Source: an uncultured delta proteobacterium (lineage in GTDB: Bacteria > Desulfobacterota > Binatia > UBA9968). Taken from it: a stretch of DNA of 64,000 nucleotides. Each line of letters starts with the position of its first letter. Position 1 is the stretch's first letter. The stretch lies in assembly GCA_963760795.1 (NCBI GenBank), contig CAVXEP010000013.1, positions 160,001 to 224,000 of the forward strand. Direction: 5' to 3'. The notes under the pieces are model-generated. The model did no database searches. It saw nothing but the letters and a program-made list of their open reading frames with translations, and was not told the origin of the DNA. The position numbers were made by a program, and so were the translations under genes. Shown here piece by piece: positions 44,774 to 55,685 of the stretch.

Positions 44774-47686
44774 TCATTTAATAATTGCCGATTCTCCGCT
44801 CTGCACCAGCGCCACGGGAAAGCTTCTGAAGATTTGCTGCAATGGCAAACCCTTTTGCTTGTCTTTTATTGTGCATGCGGACAGATTCTCGCCGGTCAAA
44901 ATATTGTGCCAAGAGTTTGCCGCTCCATGGGGCAAAGGTAGCACCCCATCCTCCCAGATTGGTTCTCCTAGCGGCGGCGGACCGGCCGGTAAAATACCGG
45001 CCAGGAGCCGCGGTGCCATGGCGATGACCCATCGGTCATCCAACCGGCGCGCGAAGGCGCAAATATTTTCGCGGAATTTTCCCGCGGCAAAGAGCGGCAC
45101 ATAACTGCCCCGTTGAAACAGCACCGCGTGCTCGCGTCGAAAGTTCAATGTCCGGTAGATCAGATACTGCTTGACGCGGCCGTCTTGCCACTGGGAAATC
45201 AAATCGCGCAAAAGACCGGCGCGATCGGTTTGCTCCCCCCGTTTGAGTTCGTTCAGAAAATTTCTTCGCTTGGCATAGTCCACCGGCCGGCGGTTATCGG
45301 GATCCACCAGGCTCAGATCCCAGAGCTCCGTCCCTTGATAAAAGTCCGGCACGCCGGGTGCGGTCATCTTCAGCAGCGTCTGCGCCAGCGAATTGAGCAT
45401 GCCGACGTAAGCGATCCGCCCATGAAACTGACTAAAGTCGTTCATGAACTCGTCGCCACTCTCGGGACTGAGAGTTTGCGTCACAAAGTTTTCCACGGCG
45501 CGAACGTAAGCATCGTTTGGATTCACCCAGCTGGTGTGAACCTTGGCTTCCTTGATCGCCTTCTGCATGTAGGCGGCGATGCGCTGGCGTAACTCGGCCA
45601 ACTCTTCGCGGTTGAGCGAACCGGCCGGCCAAGTGCCAACCAGCGTCTGATAGAACAAGTACTCGTCGTTGCGGTCCGGACCGGGCGCGCCATTGACCGT
45701 GGTTTTTTTCGCGCCATTGAGTTTCGTCCAGCGCAGCAGCGCGGCGCGCCAATCCGCCGCGATCTCCGATAGCACGTCGATACGGGCGCGCGTATCCTCG
45801 CTGCGCTTGGTGTCGTGGGTCGAGCTGGCCAACATCGAGTGCGGCCAGTTTTTTCGCCTCGCGCCGTTCTGGCGGTGAAAATTTTCGAGCGACAGCCCAA
45901 ACTGTTCCGGTTCGCCGCCCACCTCGTTCAAGGACACCAGCCGGTTGTAGATATAGAAAGACGTGTCTTCCACCGCCTTGGCCATGACGGGTCCGGTGAC
46001 CTGCTGAAGATGCATGACAAAGTCGATGACATGCTGGCGGTCTGGTTCGCGGAAGCGGCCAAGGTTATTGAGTTGCAGCGTGTCCTTGACGAAATCGAAG
46101 ATCGCCCGAGCCGTCCGCGGATTGCGTCTCCTCGCATCCTCTACCGCAGATGCGATATATTTCCGGTCCGTGTCCGACACGGTCCCGGCGTGAGCATCGG
46201 CATAGGTCCGATAGACGGACAGACAAGCGATCACCTCGCGAATCGCAAAGGTCAGGCCATTGAGCGTAAAGTCCCGGTAATGACGATTGCGCTCGGAAAT
46301 GCGGTCGAGCTGGTGGCTCAGGGAATTAATTTCGCTCGCCAAGGACACCAGCATGATCATTTTCTTGCGCGAATTCACCATCTCGCGATAATCGCTTTTC
46401 ACGCCGATGAAGTCGCTGTAGATTTTATCAAACGCCCGGCGGCTCGCGCCGCGCACCAACAGGCCATTCACCTGGGCGAGAAAGTCGTAGCCCGTGGTGC
46501 CGTGCACCGCCCAATCCTCCGGCAACGGCTCGCCTTCCGAAAGAATCTTTTCGGCGACGATGTACAATGGCCGCGCCGGCGATCCGTTGCCAATTCCATT
46601 CCCGCCGGCGTCTTGGCCCAACTGGGTTTGCTGGAGGTGATTGAAATAGGCCATTGGATCGCGCAGACCGTCCGGATGATCGACCCGTAAGCCGGTGGCT
46701 TTGCCCTCGCTGACCAGCCGCAGGATCAGTTGGTGCGTCGCTTGGAACACTTCTGGAGTTTCCGTGCGGATCGCCGCCAACTCGTTGATATCGAAAAACC
46801 GCCGGTAGTTGACCTCGTCGCCGGCAACACGCCAGAACGCCAAGCGATAGGCCTGCGCGTCCATCAAGCGATCGAGCAGATCGAAGCTCTGCGGCTCACC
46901 GGCGTTGCCGTTGAATTGTCGAACCGTCGAATCGATAGCATTTCTTACCTCGGCGCTGTCCTGATACAGCGCGACGATGCGCCGTTTGATGACTTCCTTC
47001 TCGCGCCGGCCTTCTTCAAGCTTTTCCAGATCCGCTTCGGTGCGCGGTGGCAGGTGGCCGATGGCGGTTAAAATACTCTGCAGCTCGATCACCGACGGGG
47101 CGTCTTTGCCGAGGGTTGCGATCAAGCCATCGATCTGGTGCGACAGGATGGCGCTGTAGGTGCGCGGCGCCACCGGCAGACTGGCATCGTAATGGTAAAT
47201 GAAAAACGCGCCGCTTTCGTAGGCCAGCCGGAGCTTGCCCTCTTCCAGGACGATGCCGTACTGGTCTTCGAGGATCGGCAGCAGCACTTTGTTCTCAAGG
47301 TGAGGATTGGCAGGCTGCCAGTCGATATCGAAGTAAGCCGCGTAGCTCGAACTAGGACCGTTCTCAAGGACATCCGTCCACCAGACGTTGCTGGTTTCGC
47401 CGATGCCCATGTGGTTGGGCACGATATCCAAAATAAGACCCAGACCTGCGGATTTTAGGGCCGCGGCAAAGACATCAAAAGCCACCTCGCCGCCGAGTGC
47501 CGGATCGATTTGGCTGTGATCGACGACATCGTAACCATGCATGCTGCCGGCGCGGGCTTTGAAAATCGGCGAGGCGTACGCATCGGAGACGCCGAGATCG
47601 CGCAGATACTCGATCAGCCGGGTAGCGTCGGCAAAGCCGAAGTCTTTGTGAAATTGCCAGCGATAGGTCGCGGTTGGAATGCGCAT
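44774..47686 (-). CDS. treY: Malto-oligosyltrehalose synthase
   Basis: PTATYRWQ, GSMHGYDVVD, DIVPNHM, NYRRFFDIN, GLRVDHPDGL, STHDTKRSED, GVPDFYQGTELWDLSLVDPDNRRPVD. Confidence 0.97.
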   Translation of the reverse strand: MRIPTATYRWQFHKDFGFADATRLIEYLRDLGVSDAYASPIFKARAGSMHGYDVVDHSQIDPALGGEVAFDVFAAALKSAGLGLILDIVPNHMGIGETSNVWWTDVLENGPSSSYAAYFDIDWQPANPHLENKVLLPILEDQYGIVLEEGKLRLAYESGAFFIYHYDASLPVAPRTYSAILSHQIDGLIATLGKDAPSVIELQSILTAIGHLPPRTEADLEKLEEGRREKEVIKRRIVALYQDSAEVRNAIDSTVRQFNGNAGEPQSFDLLDRLMDAQAYRLAFWRVAGDEVNYRRFFDINELAAIRTETPEVFQATHQLILRLVSEGKATGLRVDHPDGLRDPMAYFNHLQQTQLGQDAGGNGIGNGSPARPLYIVAEKILSEGEPLPEDWAVHGTTGYDFLAQVNGLLVRGASRRAFDKIYSDFIGVKSDYREMVNSRKKMIMLVSLASEINSLSHQLDRISERNRHYRDFTLNGLTFAIREVIACLSVYRTYADAHAGTVSDTDRKYIASAVEDARRRNPRTARAIFDFVKDTLQLNNLGRFREPDRQHVIDFVMHLQQVTGPVMAKAVEDTSFYIYNRLVSLNEVGGEPEQFGLSLENFHRQNGARRKNWPHSMLASSTHDTKRSEDTRARIDVLSEIAADWRAALLRWTKLNGAKKTTVNGAPGPDRNDEYLFYQTLVGTWPAGSLNREELAELRQRIAAYMQKAIKEAKVHTSWVNPNDAYVRAVENFVTQTLSPESGDEFMNDFSQFHGRIAYVGMLNSLAQTLLKMTAPGVPDFYQGTELWDLSLVDPDNRRPVDYAKRRNFLNELKRGEQTDRAGLLRDLISQWQDGRVKQYLIYRTLNFRREHAVLFQRGSYVPLFAAGKFRENICAFARRLDDRWVIAMAPRLLAGILPAGPPPLGEPIWEDGVLPLPHGAANSWHNILTGENLSACTIKDKQKGLPLQQIFRSFPVALVQSGESAIIK

Positions 47687-47883
47687 TATTTTCTACCCGG
47701 TTGTGAGCATGCCCGCTGAATATTTTCTCGCAAAGGGATCATCCCTATTTCGTTGTTGCCGTCAGGCCAATCGAATAGGCAAAGATCGACCCCTGTGGCG
47801 TTTTCGGAAAAGATCGAAAAATTAATTCCGGCGCCGTTCCACCTGGCGCCGAGAGGACAAGGTTTGCCTGGCCGCACTTTCAT
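47686..47883 (-). pseudogene. glgX: Truncated glycogen debranching enzyme GlgX/TreX (N-terminal ~55 aa only)
   Basis: MKVRPGKPCPLGARWNGAGINFSIFSENATGVDLCLFD, the classic GlgX start, then stops; sits between treZ and treY. Confidence 0.88.
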
Positions 47884-47885
47884 CG

Positions 47886-49751
47886 TCATCGTTTCACTGC
47901 CGAAGCCTTTTTTTGGGTTTGTTTAACGCGCATGAAGAGCGCCGACGACGACGACGGTAAACGCAACTCGACGCTTTCCGCGCAGTCGAATTCCGCCGGC
48001 AGCTCGCTGCCCGCGCCTCGCCAACGCGCCTCGCTTGAGTCGAGCCCTTTGCGCCAGCGGCCCGGCGCCATCGGCAGCGCCAACGACACCGGCTCAGAAT
48101 TGAAATTGAATAGGGTCACGACGACTTCCTTGCCGCGCCACCGGCGCAACAACAGTACGCGGTCGTTGTCGAAGCCGATGACCTCGCAGCGCTCTTTGCT
48201 CAACCGCGCCAAGGGCGCCAACTTTTGACGCAGGCGCAGCAGCTCGCGGTAGAAATCCCATAGCACGCGGTATTTGCCGTCGACTTTCAGTTGATGATTG
48301 AGCTTGGCGCGCAAAAAAGTTTTTTCATCCTGGGGATCGGGTGGCTCGCCTAGCCAACCGAAGGACGCGAACTCGCCGCGCCGACCGTTGCGCACGGCAT
48401 CGATTAGAGCGGTATCGCCGTGGCTGATAAAATACTGAAACGGCGCCTCTTCACCGTATTCCTCGCCCATGAAAAGCAACGGCAGATACGGCGAAAGGAT
48501 CACCGCCGCGGCGGCCAGCTTCAACGATTCGAAAGAGACCAATTGGCTCAGCCGCTCGCCGAGCAGGCGATTGCCCACCTGGTCGTGATTTTGCGAAAAC
48601 ACGACAAAGCGCTCGGCGGCAATGTCTTGCGTCGAAGTTCCATGCCGGTGCCGGCGATGTTTAGAATACTCGCCGGAATAGACGAAGCCCTCGCGGAAAG
48701 CTTTGACTAATTGGCTGAACTTGCCGTAGTCCTCATAATAGCCGGATCGTTCGTCGGTCAACACGCCACGCAGCGCGTGGTGAAAATCGTCGTTCCACTG
48801 GCCGTCGAGGCCGTAGCCGCCAACCTCGCGCGAGCGAATCAGGCGCGCGTCGTTGGCGGCGCTTTCCGGGAAAAGAAATATCTGGCGATTCAGGGTCCTT
48901 GCGGCTTGGTGTACTTCGTCTCCCAATTGTTCGACGAAAGTGTACGGCGAGTGATCCAAAATCGTGTGCACCGCGTCCAAACGCAGCGCATCGATGTGAT
49001 ATTCACAAACCCAGTAAAGCGCGTTGTCGATAAAATAACGGCGCACCGGATCGCTATCCGGCCCGTCGAAGTTCAGCGCCGGGCCCCATGGCGTCTTGTA
49101 GCGGTCAGTAAAGTACGGACCGAAATCGGCAAGACAGTTTCCTTCCGGCCCGAGATGGTTGTAGACGACGTCGAGAATCACCGCCAAGCCGGTCTCGTGA
49201 CAAGCGTTGACCAAGCGTTTGAGACCTTGCGGCCCGCCGTAGGAATCTTGCACGGCGAAGGGCAGCACGCCGTCGTAGCCCCAGTTGCGGCTTCCGGGAA
49301 ACTGCGCCACCGGCATCAATTCGATGGCCGTGATGCCGAAAGCTTTGAGCTCGACGAGATGCGCCACGACGGCTTCGAACGTGCCGGCGCCGGTGAAGGT
49401 GCCAACGTGCAGTTCGTAAATAACGTAGCGCGCCAGCGGCAAACCCAACCAAGAGGCGTCTTCCCAGGGAAAATTCGCGTCAATCACCGCAGAGGGGCCG
49501 TGGACGCCCTGAGGTTGGAAACGTGAAGCCGGATCGGGCCGGTCTTGCGCGCCATCGAGCCGGTAACGATAAAGCGTGCCGCTTGGGATATCGTCAATCT
49601 CCGCGACAAAGTATCCGTCCGCGCCACGGTCGAGTGGCGCCGCGCGCCCGTTTGGGCCGTTAATAACCTCGACGGAATGGGCCGTGGGCGCCCAGACGCG
49701 AAAACCGCAGCGGTTGTTCTCTAACAATTGTGCGCCAATCCAGGTTTGCAA
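47886..49751 (-). CDS. treZ: Malto-oligosyltrehalose trehalohydrolase
   Basis: FRVWAP, PDPASRFQPQGVHGPS, YELHVGTF, RNWGYDGV, DVVYNHLGPEGN, LRLDAVH, QNHDQVGNR; TTG start after gggagtgagg. Confidence 0.97.
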   Translation of the reverse strand: MQTWIGAQLLENNRCGFRVWAPTAHSVEVINGPNGRAAPLDRGADGYFVAEIDDIPSGTLYRYRLDGAQDRPDPASRFQPQGVHGPSAVIDANFPWEDASWLGLPLARYVIYELHVGTFTGAGTFEAVVAHLVELKAFGITAIELMPVAQFPGSRNWGYDGVLPFAVQDSYGGPQGLKRLVNACHETGLAVILDVVYNHLGPEGNCLADFGPYFTDRYKTPWGPALNFDGPDSDPVRRYFIDNALYWVCEYHIDALRLDAVHTILDHSPYTFVEQLGDEVHQAARTLNRQIFLFPESAANDARLIRSREVGGYGLDGQWNDDFHHALRGVLTDERSGYYEDYGKFSQLVKAFREGFVYSGEYSKHRRHRHGTSTQDIAAERFVVFSQNHDQVGNRLLGERLSQLVSFESLKLAAAAVILSPYLPLLFMGEEYGEEAPFQYFISHGDTALIDAVRNGRRGEFASFGWLGEPPDPQDEKTFLRAKLNHQLKVDGKYRVLWDFYRELLRLRQKLAPLARLSKERCEVIGFDNDRVLLLRRWRGKEVVVTLFNFNSEPVSLALPMAPGRWRKGLDSSEARWRGAGSELPAEFDCAESVELRLPSSSSALFMRVKQTQKKASAVKR

Positions 49752-49784
49752 TTTTAACCTCACTCCCGTTCGATCGTGATCCAC

Positions 49785-50180
49785 CGGTGTTTCTCCGCGG
49801 CGCGCGGAACAACCGTAATCCTGACTCCCGAAACGAGTGCCCGCTCGCGGTCGTTTTCGCGGTCCTAACCGATCTCGGTTCCCGGAACCAAGGCGTTAAA
49901 TTTGTCGATGAGGACGTTTTTGTTGCGGCCGCCGCGATGGCGGTAATTGTGCATGCCCACGTTGTGACCGATGACCGAGCCGTCAATCCCGCTGCCGCTG
50001 CTGATGGCGCCTTCGGCGACGATGGAACTACTCGCCACCGCGCTTCGGCTGGCCTCGTCGAAAACCAATTTCGGCGGCGCCCGCCATAACCTAACGTTTG
50101 GATCGGCCAGCTTTTACAGTATAAATTTATCGACCGGCTCACCGCTCTCAGATCCATGTTCGCCGCGAAGCAGGCTTTCT
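49785..50180 (-). pseudogene. glgC: Decayed C-terminal remnant of ADP-glucose pyrophosphorylase
   Basis: ANMDLRAVS..INLY..SWPIQT / PPKLVFDE..SSIVAEGAISSG..SVIGHNV..KNVLIDK..VPGTEIG*DRE.DR..ITVVPR; frameshift, internal deletion and in-frame TAG. Confidence 0.8.
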
Positions 50181-50307
50181 CCCGCTCATATGATTCCGCG
50201 GACACCCCTAATTATTTCCTAAATCTATCGCTCGCATCCGGAGCGCTCATGGGAAGCCGAGGCCAAGCGCTAACGGTTCCTGAATTTTTTGGCTGCGCCG
50301 TCAAGGA

Positions 50308-52233
50308 TCAACCCTCACTCTTGAAAAACGACGCCGACAACGGCGGCAGCGTGATCGTCAAGGAATGGGATCGGCCGTGCAGCGCAACCGGCGCCGCTTC
50401 GACGCCGCCGAGATTGCCCATGTTGCTGCCGCCATACACCGCCGCATCGCTGTTCAAGGCTTCGTGCCAAAAGCCGCCGCGCGGCGCGCCGACCCGGTAA
50501 CTGTAGCGCGGCACCGGGGTGAAATTGCAAATGACCAGAATAATCGTCGAGGTGGTTTTGCCCTTGCGCATGAGACTGATCACGCTTGCCTCGGCGTCGC
50601 CGCAATCGATCCATTCGAAACCGCCGGGATCGCAATCCTGTTCGTAGAGCGCCGGCTCGTTCTTGTACAGATGATTGAGCTCGCGCACAAATTTCTGCAG
50701 ACCGGCGTGCAACGGTTGATCGAGCAGCTCCCACTGCAAGCTCGCGTCATGCGTCCATTCGCTCCACTGGCCGAATTCGCCGCCCATGAACAGCAATTTC
50801 TTTGACGGCTGGGCGTACATGTAGCCGAAGAGCGCGCGCAGGTTGGCGCACTTCTGCCAGTCGTCGCCGGGCATTTTGCCGAGCAACGAACCTTTGCCGT
50901 ACACCACTTCGTCGTGGGATAGCGGCAGGACGAAATTTTCCTGAAAGGCGTAGAGCATGCGAAAGGTCAGCTTGTTGTGATGGTAGCGCCGATGCACCGG
51001 ATCCTGGCGCATGTATTCTAACGTATCGTGCATCCAGCCCATGTCCCACTTGAGTCCGAAGCCCAAGCCGCCGAGATAATTGGGCCGCGAGACCATCGGC
51101 CACGATGTCGATTCCTCGGCGATGGTTTCAACCTCGGGGTGATGCTCGTAGACGGCCGCGTTCAAGCGGCGCAGAAATTCGACCGCTTCGATATTTTCCC
51201 GGCCGCCGTACTTGTTGGGAATCCATTCGCCTGCTTTGCGCGCATAGTCGAGATAGAGCATCGATGCCACCGCGTCGACGCGCAAACCGTCGGCGTGGTA
51301 CTGGTCGAGCCAGAACAGGGCGTTGCTGATCAAGAAGCTCTGCACCTCGTTGCGGCCACAATTAAAGATGCAGCTATGCCACTCCGGGTGATATCCCTGG
51401 CGCGGGTCGGCATGTTCGTAAAGATGCGTGCCGTCGAAATACGCCAGGCCATGTTCGTCGCTCGGGAAATGCGACGGCACCCAGTCGAGAATCACGCCGA
51501 TGCCGCGCTGGTGCAGCGCGTCGATGAGCAGCATGAGATCCTGCGGCGTGCCATAATTAGCCGACGGCGCGAAGTAACCGGTAACTTGATAACCCCAAGA
51601 GCCGAAAAACGGATGATCCATGACCGGCATAAACTCGACATGGCTGTAACCCATGTGATGCAGGTAATCCGCCAGCTCGACCGCCAACTCGCGATAGGAC
51701 AGCGAGCGGTGAGCTTCCCCCGCCATCCGCCGCCAGGAACCGATATGCATTTCGTAAATCGACATCGGCTTGTCGAGGCCCTGATGGTGCTGCCGGTTAC
51801 CCATCCACTGCTGGTCCTTCCATTGATAATCCAAATCCCAGACGATGGACGCGAACTTCGGCGGAATCTCATTGAAGATGGAGAACGGATCGGCCTTGTC
51901 GGCGCTGTAGCCGTTGAAGCGCGAGCCGATGTGATACTTGTACAGCGTGCCTTTGCCGATGTTGGGGAGAAATCCTTCCCAGATGCCGGAATCGCCCTTC
52001 GGTTGCAAGGAGTGACTGCCTTTCTCCCAACCGTTAAACTCGCCGATGACGCTGACATGATTGGCATTGGGCGCCCATACCGCGAAATAGGTGCCGCTCT
52101 CGAAGTCGCCGCCGGCGGCGCTTCCCCGCGCGACCAAATGAGCGCCGAGTTTGTCGTACAGACGAAAATGACTGCCCTCGTTGAAGAGAAACAGATCTTG
52201 ATCGGATAAAAGACTTAGAGATTCCATAGCCAT
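50308..52233 (-). CDS. glgB: 1,4-alpha-glucan branching enzyme
   Basis: [73 protein letters not shown]. Confidence 0.97.
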   Translation of the reverse strand: MAMESLSLLSDQDLFLFNEGSHFRLYDKLGAHLVARGSAAGGDFESGTYFAVWAPNANHVSVIGEFNGWEKGSHSLQPKGDSGIWEGFLPNIGKGTLYKYHIGSRFNGYSADKADPFSIFNEIPPKFASIVWDLDYQWKDQQWMGNRQHHQGLDKPMSIYEMHIGSWRRMAGEAHRSLSYRELAVELADYLHHMGYSHVEFMPVMDHPFFGSWGYQVTGYFAPSANYGTPQDLMLLIDALHQRGIGVILDWVPSHFPSDEHGLAYFDGTHLYEHADPRQGYHPEWHSCIFNCGRNEVQSFLISNALFWLDQYHADGLRVDAVASMLYLDYARKAGEWIPNKYGGRENIEAVEFLRRLNAAVYEHHPEVETIAEESTSWPMVSRPNYLGGLGFGLKWDMGWMHDTLEYMRQDPVHRRYHHNKLTFRMLYAFQENFVLPLSHDEVVYGKGSLLGKMPGDDWQKCANLRALFGYMYAQPSKKLLFMGGEFGQWSEWTHDASLQWELLDQPLHAGLQKFVRELNHLYKNEPALYEQDCDPGGFEWIDCGDAEASVISLMRKGKTTSTIILVICNFTPVPRYSYRVGAPRGGFWHEALNSDAAVYGGSNMGNLGGVEAAPVALHGRSHSLTITLPPLSASFFKSEG

Positions 52234-52302
52234 GCTTCGCTCTCACTTCCTCACTTCTTACGGAGGCCGCGCAGATCGGTTTTTTCAGATATCACGTTGC
52301 GC

Positions 52303-55300
52303 TCACTCACTTCGCTCGATCAGTCCCAAGATCCCCGTGATCGGCACGATCACCCAATCGGGACGGTTATTTAATTCATAGCCCAATTCGTAAACCGCTT
52401 TCTCGAGCAGGTAGACATCCAGCAGCAGTCTTAGCTCGCTGGCGGATTTCGGCAGAAAGGCCGCCTGGCGCGTCGCGTCGAGATAACCCTTTAAAAAATT
52501 AACCGACACCCAGCGGTTCCAGAAGCGCGCCCAAGGTTGCAGTTGAGCGAGATCGTCCGGCCGGACCTGGTCGCCTTTGAGCTTGCTGACTGCAGCGTAA
52601 TCGAAGGATCGCAGCATCCCCGCGACATCGCGCAGCGGCGAGCGCTTGATACGCCGCTCGGTCATCGGCCGCGCCGGTTCGCCCTCGAAGTCGATGATGA
52701 CAAAATCCTTACCGGTAAAAAGCACCTGGCCGAGATGATAATCGCCGTGGCAGCGGATGCTCATCGCGGTGATCTTGGCTGCGGAGATTTGGCGAAAGCG
52801 CTCGAAGATGGCGGATTCCAGCTTCACGACTTTTTCCGCGCTGCCGCGAACCGGTTCGGCCAGTCCCTTAAGCCGCTCGCTTAACAGCGTCAACGATTGG
52901 TCCGCCAACGTGCGCATGCTCTGGTAGAGCGAGCGGCGGGAAAGCGCCGTAAAGGGTTCTGGCGCGAACGCCGGGCTTTTACTGTCCGAGGCGAGGGCAA
53001 CGTGCAATTCCCCGGTACGCTGGCCGAGCAAATGAGCCGACTCCAGATATGACCCGATGAGTTCGCGCGCCAACTCGGGCAGCTCCTGTTCCGCCAACTC
53101 GATCAGCGGCTGCGCCGGCAGCGCCGCGCCGGCGGCGTCTTGCGGACGGGTAAGAATTCCGTCGACGAAATGGCCCAGGCTGTCCAGCGTATAGCGCCAA
53201 GCGTCGCCTTCATTGGCAACCCATCCTTGGACGATCCCCACCGTTGCCGGCTCGCCCTTGCCCCGGCCCTTGCGCATCTCCAAATAGCCGGCGAGGGGCG
53301 GCGTGTGCGAAAAACCCGCCTTTTCTGTCAGGAAACCGCCGATCTCAAGATCGGGGTTGACTCCCTCGATAACGCGGCGGAAAATTTTCAAGATCATGCG
53401 GTCGCCGTAGACCACCGAGGTATTGCTTTGTTCGCGTTTGAGCATCGCCGGCTCCAGGTGGGCGTCCGCGCCGCCGCGCACTTTGCGGAATACTTTGGCT
53501 GGCAGCGCCGCCAACTGCAAATTCGCCCCTTGGAAACGGCGGCCGCGCTCGACAGCATGAAGCAGCGCCTTGCAAAAATTAGCGTCATAGAGCGCGTCGT
53601 AAAGCAGCCCTTCGCTGTCGTGGTTTTTTTCCTTGACGGTCAATTGCGCGACCGCTGCTTGCGGGTTCGCCTGGCGCAGCTCGAAGGCGCGCTCCCCCGA
53701 GGCAAAAGCGAGAGGCAGCAAGTAGCTCTCCGGCGTGGCGCCGAGAAACTGGACTTCCCAGGTCGTGATGTAAGCGCTGACGCCGTCGGCATCGAACGGA
53801 ATGACGTCGATATTTTTCACCGAACGGATTTGCTGCCCCTTGCCGCCGAACCACCGACAACTCATGAAATACGCCGGCAGGGTGCGCTCGAAAACCGCGC
53901 GCGGCTTGCCCTCAAGGATGTGCTCCCAAGCGCCGGTCACCGTCAATTTTGCCGGCTCGAAGCCGTCGATCATTGAGCGCGCTTGGGAAATCTGCGGCGG
54001 CAACAGTTTGAACCAGTAGAAGGCATGCGGGCCGAAGGTGAGAAAATAGGGCAACTCGCCGATCGGTGGAAAGCGCGTGTTGCCGAACAATTCCACCGGC
54101 ACCATGCCTTTGTAAGCCGACAAATCGAGCTCCGCGCAATTGACAAAGCGGGAAAGATTGGCGGCCACCAGGATAATTTCATCCTTGTGGCGACGGATGA
54201 ACACCAGCGCCTTGCGATTTTCCGGCAAGAGAAAATCGATGCTGCCTTCGCCGAAGGCGCGGTAGCTTTTGCGCAGCAGGATCAAACGCTTCATCCACCA
54301 GAGCAGGGAGCTGGGATTTTGCTGGTGCGCTTCGACGTTGACCGTTTCGTAATGATGCTCGGGATCGATGATCACCGGCAAAAATAGCTTTTGCGGATTG
54401 GCCCGGGAGAAACCCGCGTTGCGATCGGCGCTCCATTGCATGGGCGTGCGCACGCCGTTGCGGTCGCCGAGATAAATATTATCGCCCATGCCGATCTCGT
54501 CGCCGTAATAAATCACCGGTGTGCCGGTGAGCGAGAACAGCAAGCTATTGAGCAATTCCATGCGCCGGCGGTTGTTGCCCAAGAGCGGCGCCAAACGGCG
54601 GCGGATGCCGAGATTGATGCGCGCGCGCGGATCGTTGGCGTAGACTTTGTACATATAGTCGCGGTCTTCGTCGGTGACCATCTCGAGCGTCAGCTCGTCA
54701 TGATTGCGCAGGAACATCGCCCACTGGCTCGATTCCGGAATCGCCGGGGTCTGCTCGAGGATGTCGATGATCGGGAAACGGTCTTCCATGTGCAACGCCA
54801 TGAACAGCCGCGGCATCACCGGAAAATGAAACGCCATGTGGCACTCGTCGCCGGCGCCAAAGTAGGCCACAGCGTCCTCCGGCCATTGATTCGCCTCGGC
54901 GAGCAACATGCGGTAGTTATATTTCTTGTCGACATGGCGTCTCAGCTCTTTCAAAAAGGCATGGGTTTCCGGAAGATTTTCGCAGTTGGTGCCGTCGCGC
55001 TCGTATAAATAAGGCACGGCATCGAGGCGCAGACCGTCGACGCCCATGTCGAGCCAAAAATCCAAGACGGCGAAAAGCGCTTTCTTCACTTCCGGATTGT
55101 CGAAGTTCAGATCGGGCTGATGCGCATAGAAGCGATGCCAAAAATAGGCCTTGGCGACGGGATCCCAGGACCAATTGGACGACTCAAAATCTTTGAAAAT
55201 AATCCGCGCCTCTTGATAGCGCTCCTGATTGTCGTGCCAAACGTAATAATCGCGCGCGGCGCTTCCCGGCTTGGCCTCGCGGGCGCGCTGAAACCAGGGA

Positions 55301-55671
55301 TGCTGGTCGGAAGTATGATTGACGACCAATTCGGTGATCACGCGAAGCCCGCGCCGGTGCGCTTCGCGCAAAAATGTTCGGAAATCTTGCAGCGTGCCAT
55401 AATCGGCATGGATGCCGGTGTAGTCGGCGATATCGTAGCCATCGTCGCGCAGCGGCGAGGGATAAAAAGGCAAAAGCCACAGCGCCGTGACGCCCAGGTC
55501 CTGCAAATAGTCGAGCTTTTCCGTGAGGCCGACAAAATCGCCTATGCCGTCGCCATTGCCGTCGCAAAAAGCGCGCACGTGGATTTCATAGATTACCGCG
55601 TCTTTATACCAATACGGATTCTCTTCCAGGGAAGCGATTTCGAGTTTTCGTGGTTGACGACCCATATTCAT
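52303..55671 (-). CDS. treS: Trehalose synthase fused to maltokinase (TreS-Pep2/Mak)
   Basis: [42 protein letters not shown]; C-terminal [37 protein letters not shown]. Confidence 0.97.
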   Translation of the reverse strand: MNMGRQPRKLEIASLEENPYWYKDAVIYEIHVRAFCDGNGDGIGDFVGLTEKLDYLQDLGVTALWLLPFYPSPLRDDGYDIADYTGIHADYGTLQDFRTFLREAHRRGLRVITELVVNHTSDQHPWFQRAREAKPGSAARDYYVWHDNQERYQEARIIFKDFESSNWSWDPVAKAYFWHRFYAHQPDLNFDNPEVKKALFAVLDFWLDMGVDGLRLDAVPYLYERDGTNCENLPETHAFLKELRRHVDKKYNYRMLLAEANQWPEDAVAYFGAGDECHMAFHFPVMPRLFMALHMEDRFPIIDILEQTPAIPESSQWAMFLRNHDELTLEMVTDEDRDYMYKVYANDPRARINLGIRRRLAPLLGNNRRRMELLNSLLFSLTGTPVIYYGDEIGMGDNIYLGDRNGVRTPMQWSADRNAGFSRANPQKLFLPVIIDPEHHYETVNVEAHQQNPSSLLWWMKRLILLRKSYRAFGEGSIDFLLPENRKALVFIRRHKDEIILVAANLSRFVNCAELDLSAYKGMVPVELFGNTRFPPIGELPYFLTFGPHAFYWFKLLPPQISQARSMIDGFEPAKLTVTGAWEHILEGKPRAVFERTLPAYFMSCRWFGGKGQQIRSVKNIDVIPFDADGVSAYITTWEVQFLGATPESYLLPLAFASGERAFELRQANPQAAVAQLTVKEKNHDSEGLLYDALYDANFCKALLHAVERGRRFQGANLQLAALPAKVFRKVRGGADAHLEPAMLKREQSNTSVVYGDRMILKIFRRVIEGVNPDLEIGGFLTEKAGFSHTPPLAGYLEMRKGRGKGEPATVGIVQGWVANEGDAWRYTLDSLGHFVDGILTRPQDAAGAALPAQPLIELAEQELPELARELIGSYLESAHLLGQRTGELHVALASDSKSPAFAPEPFTALSRRSLYQSMRTLADQSLTLLSERLKGLAEPVRGSAEKVVKLESAIFERFRQISAAKITAMSIRCHGDYHLGQVLFTGKDFVIIDFEGEPARPMTERRIKRSPLRDVAGMLRSFDYAAVSKLKGDQVRPDDLAQLQPWARFWNRWVSVNFLKGYLDATRQAAFLPKSASELRLLLDVYLLEKAVYELGYELNNRPDWVIVPITGILGLIERSE

Positions 55672-55685
55672 TAATCCGTTTCGTT

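Noticed and set aside
51028-52209. Long antisense ORFs (393 aa here; also 24513-25613, 25558-26574, 56526-57530)
   Set aside because: Shadow frames opposite well-conserved genes in GC-rich DNA, with no recognisable motifs.
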